A DNA stretch of 5,000 nt from Takakia lepidozioides (taxonomy: Eukaryota; Plantae; Bryophyta): the NCBI GenBank assembly GCA_030704615.1, contig JAKLZA010000196.1:1-5000 (forward strand), given 5' to 3'. Numbering within the stretch: the first letter of the stretch is position 1; the number at the start of each line of letters is the position of its first letter. A model generated the notes under the pieces. It had not been told where the DNA came from. It did not search any database and was given only the letters and a program-made list of their open reading frames with translations. This document shows, piece after piece, positions 1 to 5,000 of the stretch. The position numbers and the translations under genes were made by a program.

Positions 1-410
1 GCCCGAGGCGACTTCATCCGGGCGTCCCCTGTTCGATATTCGGTGCCGAATTTCCGTCCGGGGGTTGAAATGTGACGGCCAAGTGCCGGCCTCTCCCCCT
101 CCCCGACTGCATCCGAACCGCCCCGGATGGAAATTCGGCGCCGTTTTTCCATCTGGGGATGTTTTTATGCCGGCCAGTTTTCGGCCTGACCCCCCGACAC
201 GACTTCCTTTACCTGCTGGATGGAAATTCGGCGCCGAATCTCCATCCAGGGGATGTTCTCTGTCGCACACGCGCCGGCCTCTGCGCCCGAGGCGACTTCA
301 TCCGGGCTTCCCCTGTTGGATATTGGGTGCCGAATTTCCATTCGGGGGTAGTAATGTGACGGCACGGTGCCGGCTTCTCCCCTTCAGCCGTCATCATCCG
401 GACGGCCCCC
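1..410. repeat. Tandem array of ~95-bp palindrome-containing units with 284-bp (trimer) higher-order period
   Basis: 1-100 aligns ungapped to 285-384 with 12 mismatches. Palindrome centres lie at 44/45, 139/140, 232/233 and 328/329 (spacing 95, 93, 96). Best copy 216-249 is CTGGATGGAAATTCGGC|GCCGAATCTCCATCCAG (1 mismatch). A CGACTKC motif precedes each palindrome (9, 104, 200, 293). Confidence 0.92.
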
Positions 411-487
411 CACTTTCTGACTGCATACCGTTGGCAGTTATTGCGCAAAGACCAGGGGCCGCATTCCGGAGACAAGGTTCATTAACA

Positions 488-512
488 CTCTGACTGTGGA
501 TTTTTGAGATAG
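488..512 (+). other. Possible intron branch point and 3' splice acceptor
   Basis: CTCTGAC (488-494), then TTTTTGAGATAG ending at 512, directly before the stop-free frame leading into the transposase. Confidence 0.35.
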
Positions 513-1382
513 TTGGCTCCCTGGATTTGGATCAGGCTTCGTCGCTCGGACAAATGGGCATCGCATTCATTCCCATCGCTGCATCCCCCTTCTACCAGGG
601 AGCTTCCCCGCACTCCATCCTGGGAGTCTTGTGTGCACATCTCCCATGGCGGAAAACCCGAGCGCTACAGTGTACTGCCCTCCTCACGAGCATAGAGCTT
701 CATTTCCGTGCAGAGGGGACACCTGCCGGGTGATGGAGAAATATCTGTGCGTTCGATACCACCTGAAACCGGGGTCGGTTTTTTGGAGGAGGAAAGGAAG
801 GACTCTAACGGCCTTGTTGTCGACAGTATTGTTGTGCTCCACGATGATTTCGGCGATGGCAGGGAATGGCGAGTTCCACCATTGGACAGCGTCATATACA
901 GGGCTGTTGGGGACTTTATTTGCCCGCCAAATGCACCTTCTATCCTGGCGCCTTCCACGAAACAATCCGCGAATCAGAGAGTGGCTACCTCAAAGAGAGA
1001 AGTCCGCAACGAAGTAAATCCAGAGCCGAACCCATCCATGAAGACGAGCCAGAACCGGGTTGTTCACAACCTGTCCGACTCAGACGAGGTCATGGAAGTT
1101 CCGAGGTCGTCCTGGAGATCAGGCAAGTCCTCAATGGACGTCAGTGGAGGAGGGAGTCATATTCCCAGCACGAGCACCGCAGTTCGATCTATTCTTGAAA
1201 TTCTGCGAGGGCTTCACCTGGAGGGACACCGGTCGGAGCTGGCCGGGCTGGACTACAGCAAGTTCGCAATTAAATCGGTTACATGCCTTCCCGCCGACGT
1301 CGACGGTAATATCTTCTTTGAGTTCCCTCCTCGGGCGGACTACTCGAGGGCGTCCGGAATGTTGACAGATATGGATAGAAAA

Positions 1383-1724
1383 CATGACGGTCATCCTTGG
1401 TGCGTTACCAAAACCACCAGCATGAAGATGCTCGATGGTGTGCGGGTGCGCTACGTTGTTTGTGCGGGCGCGTTGCGGTGTTTCTCCCCAACTTGCTTCC
1501 ACTTTAAATCCAGAGGTCACAGGAACGAGACCGATTGGACAGGCACAGCTCATCAACCATTTCGAGCTCAGGAGAAGGTTCCGAACTCCACATTTAAGTG
1601 TGCGCATTGCAAAGAACCACCACACTGCATGTCTGTTTGTAATGCCAAGCAGTTCTATGTGTTGCACCGTTTCCCTGACCTCACACCAGCTTGCATACAC
1701 GTTGGTTCCCATTGTCACAAATTG
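1383..1724 (+). other. GCM-like (WRKY-GCM1 fold) two-zinc DNA-binding domain
   Basis: Reads W...C-x5-C-x4-C...CxxC-x9-C...G-x-H-x-H, with Cys codons at 1461, 1479, 1494, 1599, 1608, 1638 and His at 1710, 1716. Animal GCM reads W...CLGVVVC-x3-C...CxxC-x8-C...GEHDH. Matched by eye; no HMM was run. Confidence 0.75.
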
Positions 1725-2182
1725 GCGAGGGGGAACTCGCGGGAGGCTGCCCACGAAGCAGAGCAGCTCGTTCAGGAGGAGGTTAAGTTGAGATCGGGTG
1801 CCAAACCCAAACAGATACAGCTCCAAGCCGCCCATAAGATGGCATTGGCCAGAATTATGTCGGAAGACGGCTCCGATAGAGTTCCTCTCGACGAGAGAAG
1901 GAAATGGAGGCATTGCTGGAGTCGGTGTCCCACGTATGTTCACCGAATGTCCGAAACCACATTGTCTCATGCAAACAGAAAATTGGGCGTGGCTCGGATA
2001 TGCACTCCATTCTGGAGGTGAAGCGACGATGTGGATATGACTACATTCATGGAAGTAGGTTTCCAGGACAATGGACTGAGGCAGATCGTTGTTTCGTATT
2101 CAAAATGTCCACGTGTGGACCTGGCAGCGGCGTCGAACTGGTTGACAGGATGACGAGTAGGAACTTGTCAAACAGTTTGGTC

Positions 2183-2487
2183 ATGTTCGACCATATCAAG
2201 TGAATTACAAATCACCAGTGGGTGACAATGGGTGCACATGTCTACGACACCCACTGCAGGATGCTAATGACAATTGCTATTTGTGAGATGAAAGGAGAGG
2301 ACACACAATCGGAGATGCTTCTTTGGCAGGGAATAAACGAACAGATGGCCAAGGCGGGATTGCCCCCTCCGAATTTCCGTGGTTTCATGCAGACAACGCA
2401 CAAGCAAATTGGGCTGCCATCCGAAGGGTGTACGGGCAAGACCCCAATGTTCCCATGGAAGGCAAGGAGAGATCTTGTGGGTTCCAT
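2183..2487 (+). other. MULE-type RNase H-fold catalytic core, first part (D, D, CxxH)
   Basis: VMFDH strand with first Asp, FMAD with second Asp, helix AQANWAAIRRVY, then CGFH. This is the characteristic Mutator D...D-x(n)-CxxH order. Confidence 0.8.
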
Positions 2488-2735
2488 TTTCTGCAAAGCC
2501 TTTCGCAGTACACAACCAGGCTCGTGGCGCCAGATTTCAGAGAGGAGCACCGTTCCATGTGCCTTGCGTGGAAGCGCGCTCCTACCTTGGATGATGCAGA
2601 GACACAGTTTGCATGCATACGGGCTTGGTGGACATCGTCAGGTGTTGTAAGGAAATCAGACGAGGGAGAGCAATGGTCAGTTGGCTAGCATGGTGGCATT
2701 ATCGTTTCCTCCAGTTCGGCGACTATATGCGGGAG

Positions 2736-2741
2736 GTGAGT
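2736..2741 (+). other. 5' splice donor (AG|GTGAGT), phase 0
   Basis: Consensus donor immediately after codon GAG 2733-2735, exactly where transposase-like sequence stops and repeats start. Confidence 0.7.
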
Positions 2742-2756
2742 TGCACGTCTGAAAAT

Positions 2757-2784
2757 GCTAAGTCCGAACTGGCTAAGTCCGAAC
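2757..2784. repeat. Short direct repeat GCTAAGTCCGAAC x2 (period 15)
   Basis: Identical 13-mers at 2757-2769 and 2772-2784. Confidence 0.9.
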
Positions 2785-2792
2785 ATGCACTG

Positions 2793-2940
2793 GAAAAATG
2801 GCGCTGAATTACCTGTCATGAGGGGACCTATAGCCGCGGAATTCGTTCCCATTTTTCGCCAGAGAGACCTATTACCGCGAAATACGTCGCCGTTTTTCAG
2901 GTTACGGACCCTATTACCGCGAAATTCGGCGCCATATTTG
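2793..2940. repeat. Three 41-42-bp tandem units (approximately CCTATTACCGCGAAATTCGGCGCCRTTTTTC) plus one inverted core copy
   Basis: Units start at 2827, 2868 and 2910. 2793-2810 GAAAAATGGCGCTGAATT is the core in reverse orientation. Confidence 0.85.
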
Positions 2941-2958
2941 CACATGTCGCTGGGAATT

Positions 2959-3177
2959 GGCATGAGCGGAAGACGAAATATCATGAGCACAACTGTCAAA
3001 AGTGCAATTTTCCCTTCAAGGGGCCGATTAATATATTTGTTTTTCCTGACACATTGCATTAAATTATTGTTTTTTATTGTTTTTTATTTTCGAAATTTGT
3101 ACTTCTGCTCATGAAAACCGATTGTGTTACTACTCTGCTCATGCCGCGCATGCCGCTCATGCCGCTCATGCTCATGA
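2959..3177. repeat. Cluster of GCTCATG/CATGAGC motifs in inverted arrangement around an AT-rich spacer
   Basis: CATGAGC at 2961 and 2982; GCTCATG at 3107, 3137, 3155, 3164 and 3170, with variant GCGCATG at 3146. The 9-bp periodic CATGCCGCT run spans about 3140-3170. Confidence 0.8.
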
Positions 3178-3245
3178 AATAGCAAACCTCCACCCTTGGC
3201 CGGGACTTGGAGGAAGTCGGCCGAACTAGCTAGTGGAGAGTAGAG

Positions 3246-3760
3246 TCAAGTGTGGGGTTTGGTTCTTTGCCATGGGACGCCATGGTACGGAAACAACTCC
3301 TTGATGTGGGACGCCACAACTTGGATGTCGTTTCTACAAAACGACAAGTCGATGAGGACATCGACTCCTGTTGGTAGGGGTGTGTGTCGCGGCCCTTTGC
3401 CTTGAGGGCGGGGGGGGGTCGGGACACATGAGGGGCTGCCCTGTGGTGGGGGCAGCGGCAGTGATAGGTATGGGGGGGCTGAAGCACCCTTGAGTGCCCA
3501 AGGCACTCAAGGAGGCGGAGGCACTCACTAGGTGGAGCCCCGCACACCGGGTTGCGGTGGGGGTGGCTCCACAAGGGGTGGTGGTAGCTTAGCGGGACTT
3601 AGTGGGGGTGGCATAGGACTCACCATGGGGTGGAGACCTCGAGGTGGGGAGTCGTGGGGAGTCTTGGGACTCATCACGGTCCATTGGGGCCGCGGTGAGT
3701 GGGCCAAGACTCACCGCGACTCACCACCGGGAATCGAGGGTCTTCGTGGTGGTTCGCCAT
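3246..3760 (-). pseudogene. Possible decayed S/P/T-rich ORF of unknown origin (could be retroelement ORF1/gag N-terminus)
   Basis: ATG at 3760 (MANHHEDPRFPVVSRGESWPTHRG). With two frameshifts and one stop it can be read on as MDRDESQDSPRLPTSRSPPHGESYATPTKSR*ATTTP...PQGKGPRHTPLPTGVDVLIDLSFCRNDIQVVASHIKELF. No recognisable domain. Confidence 0.25.
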
Positions 3761-3806
3761 AAAATGGCATGGCTGGTTGTGAAACCCCCGCGGACAGCTA
3801 CAAAAG

Positions 3807-3816
3807 TATATATAGG
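3807..3816 (-). promoter_or_regulatory. TATA box (CCTATATATA on minus strand)
   Basis: Isolated TATATATA in GC-rich context, plant-like CCTATATATA, about 47 nt upstream of the minus-strand ATG at 3760. The core is palindromic, so strand is inferred from flanks. Confidence 0.45.
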
Positions 3817-4320
3817 GAGTAGTAACCCCGAGAACGGTGCAAGCCCGTTGGTGACCAAAAACTAGTGAGTAAGCGAGCGAGCCGGAAAGCGACCAAAGAG
3901 TGGGGAGCTGTTCCGGACTGCCAACTACCAAAGGGAATTCCGCTGGTTCCAAATCGGTGGAGGGTTCTTTGGGAGAACAAAGGGGGACCGTTATGCCCCG
4001 GTGAGCAGCCGAAGCTCCAAGTTGGCCCGGCGGCCAGGTTGGGAGTCAGGCGCGCGCATCAAAGCGAGTAACTATGACTTGAAGGGGAGCTTACCGAAGT
4101 GAGGTGCGCAACAGGGCCTCACCTGTGACCACTTCAAAAGTGCCCACAAATGAAAAATTGTGAATTCGGTTCTCCAACAATCACTACGACTACTACGAAT
4201 GTTTTTGGTTCCTCCCTACAAAAATTGAAAAATCAATCTTTGCTTGCAGATTGAGCAAATGAACAATAGCCAAAGGCAAGAGAAAGCGAAGCGAAGAAAG
4301 CCCACTGATTTTGCTGAACT

Positions 4321-4419
4321 TTTAACTTAGTGTTTGCAATGTTTAAGCAATATGTAGAGCAGTTTCATTTGGGCCCTGATTCTAGAGTGGTCCAGGATTT
4401 ACTGTGGCCCAAGAATTAG
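4321..4419 (+). pseudogene. Possible C-terminal remnant of retrotransposon pol
   Basis: FNLVFAMFKQYVEQFHLGPDSRVVQDLLWPKN* ends within the putative PPT, as pol often does. It is short and has no diagnostic motif. Confidence 0.3.
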
Positions 4420-4427
4420 AGTGGGGC
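4411..4427 (+). other. Putative polypurine tract
   Basis: AAGAATTAGAGTGGGGCG ends a few nt before the LTR TG. Confidence 0.45.
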
Positions 4428-4432
4428 GCTTA

Positions 4433-4666
4433 TGTAAGAAGGCCACGTGTATTAAAGAATGAGATGAGGGGGTCCAAAAAAAGAAGGGAGAAATTGGCTA
4501 AATTTAGAATAGGGAGTCTTGTAGGGTTGACATGTGTCCAGGGCTTTCTAGAAGGGTCCACCCCTGAGAGGGTATATAAGGGAGAGAACCCCCTCTCTTA
4601 CTACCTACTAACTTACTACCTACTAAATTAATAAATAGTGGGCTCTGCAAAGGCAGGGCCCTAACA
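4433..4666 (+). mobile_element. Probable retrotransposon long terminal repeat (234 bp, likely 3' LTR)
   Basis: Starts TGTAAG and ends CTAACA (TG...CA, 5/6 inverted). TATATAA at 4573-4579 and AATAAA at 4630-4635 are in U3-R-U5 order. Terminal hairpin GGGCTCTGC-AAAG-GCAGGGCCC at 4640-4661. A purine-rich tract lies just upstream. The second LTR is not in the window and there is no TSD. Confidence 0.65.
4597..4626. repeat. Perfect 15-bp tandem duplication CTTACTACCTACTAA x2 inside the LTR
   Basis: 4597-4611 is identical to 4612-4626. Confidence 0.95.
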
Positions 4667-4848
4667 AAAAACAGCAAACATGAATCAATTAATTAATAGA
4701 CATAAGTGAATATGTAAGTTTAAGTTTAATACAGCCGAGGTCCAAGAAGGGATGGCCAAAGAAAATGGAGGCAAATGCACAGGTGACTCATGCTCATTCA
4801 ATCATCATTCACCTTCTTTTGCTTACAAGCAAATATTTTCACTCATTC

Positions 4849-4897
4849 AAAAGAAAAGCCTAAAATTTAAAAAAAAGAAAAGAAAAGAAAAGCCTAA
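4849..4897. repeat. A-rich microsatellite (AAAAG)4 and 15-bp direct repeat AAAAGAAAAGCCTAA
   Basis: (AAAAG)4 at 4873-4892; 15-mer at 4849-4863 and 4883-4897. Confidence 0.8.
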
Positions 4898-5000
4898 TAT
4901 TGAAATCCTTGCAGCTTGACTTGGGTGAATTCAAAAATACCCACCCGTGTGAAGCCTAAGCTTATGCCTTATAGGATCCACCAAACCCTTGAATTGATTA

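Larger units (their letters stand above)
513..2735 (+). pseudogene. Disrupted Mutator-like (MULE) DDE transposase with GCM-type zinc DNA-binding domain; one large exon
   Basis: Successive ORFs join into one protein. The 527 frame (first ATG 554) shifts at ~706 into the 708 frame, then at ~1896 (GA slip) into the 1904 frame (MEALLES...VMFDHIK). After TGA 2201-2203 it reads ITNHQWVTMGAHVYD...NFRGFM. A shift at ~2389 gives ADNAQANWAAIRRVYG...ERSCGFH...IRAWWTSSG, and a shift at ~2665 gives MVSWLAWWHYRFLQFGDYMRE. MULE hallmarks: D 2189-2191, D 2392-2394, CxxH 2476-2487. The 5' limit and the first junction are less certain. Confidence 0.85.
1..2940 (+). mobile_element. Mutator-like DNA transposon, partial (left end outside window, right part truncated or interrupted)
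   Basis: Transposase pseudogene plus flanking arrays that share a motif. No TIR pair or 8-10 bp target-site duplication is visible, so the limits are approximate. Confidence 0.7.

Noticed and set aside
1-410. CRISPR array (palindromic repeats with ~60-nt spacers)
   Set aside because: The repeats are degenerate, spacers three units apart are homologous, there are no cas genes, and the context is eukaryotic.
65-493. ORFs 65..493, 72..359, 165..365 and 209..475 as repeat proteins (GWKFGA / GNSAP repeats)
   Set aside because: The same peptides appear on both strands because the DNA is palindromic, and the 95-bp and 284-bp periods break the reading frame.
1440-1447. GTGCGGGT, a near-match to the animal GCM site, inside the GCM coding region
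   Set aside because: A single 7/8 match in GC-rich coding DNA is expected by chance.
1131-1970. 279-aa minus-strand ORF and other overlapping ORFs in 631-2650
   Set aside because: These are shadow frames of the transposase with no motifs.
708-2021. Intact stand-alone 437-aa GCM-like transcription factor
   Set aside because: It starts at GTG, and after ~1896 the transposase-like sequence continues in another frame, so the last ~40 aa are probably out-of-frame read-through.
2201-2203. TGA as selenocysteine or U-to-C edited codon
   Set aside because: No SECIS evidence was seen, the context is not organellar, and other lesions are present; CpG deamination is simpler.
2685-3114. ORFs 2755..3114 (+) and 2685..3059 (-)
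   Set aside because: They are translations of tandem repeats and T-rich low-complexity DNA after the splice donor.
4404-4631. 75-aa ORF, or reading the LTR as a solo LTR
   Set aside because: The ORF spans the PPT, TATA and tandem duplication with no domain. The flanks GCTTA and AAAAA give no TSD, and a PPT-like tract lies upstream.

Overview
Eukaryotic, repeat-rich DNA made of nested or decayed transposons; it looks like a land plant, possibly a bryophyte, but that is inference. About 513-2735 (+) is a disrupted Mutator-like (MULE) DDE transposase with four inferred frameshifts and one in-frame TGA. It carries a GCM-type two-zinc DNA-binding domain with all eight ligand positions, and D, D and CxxH of the catalytic core. 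The frame ends at a consensus splice donor, and no exon with the catalytic E was found. Two different tandem arrays bracket it and share one palindromic core, GAAATTCGGCGCCGAATTTC: ~95-bp units in a 284-bp higher-order repeat on the left and 41-42-bp units on the right. Downstream lie a GCTCATG repeat cluster resembling a DNA-transposon end and a G-rich, hairpin-dense segment (about 3200-3770) overlapping a decayed minus-strand ORF with a TATA box. Further on is a probable 234-bp 3' LTR (4433-4666) with a polypurine tract, followed by AT-rich spacer. No intact host gene, RNA gene or CRISPR array is supported.
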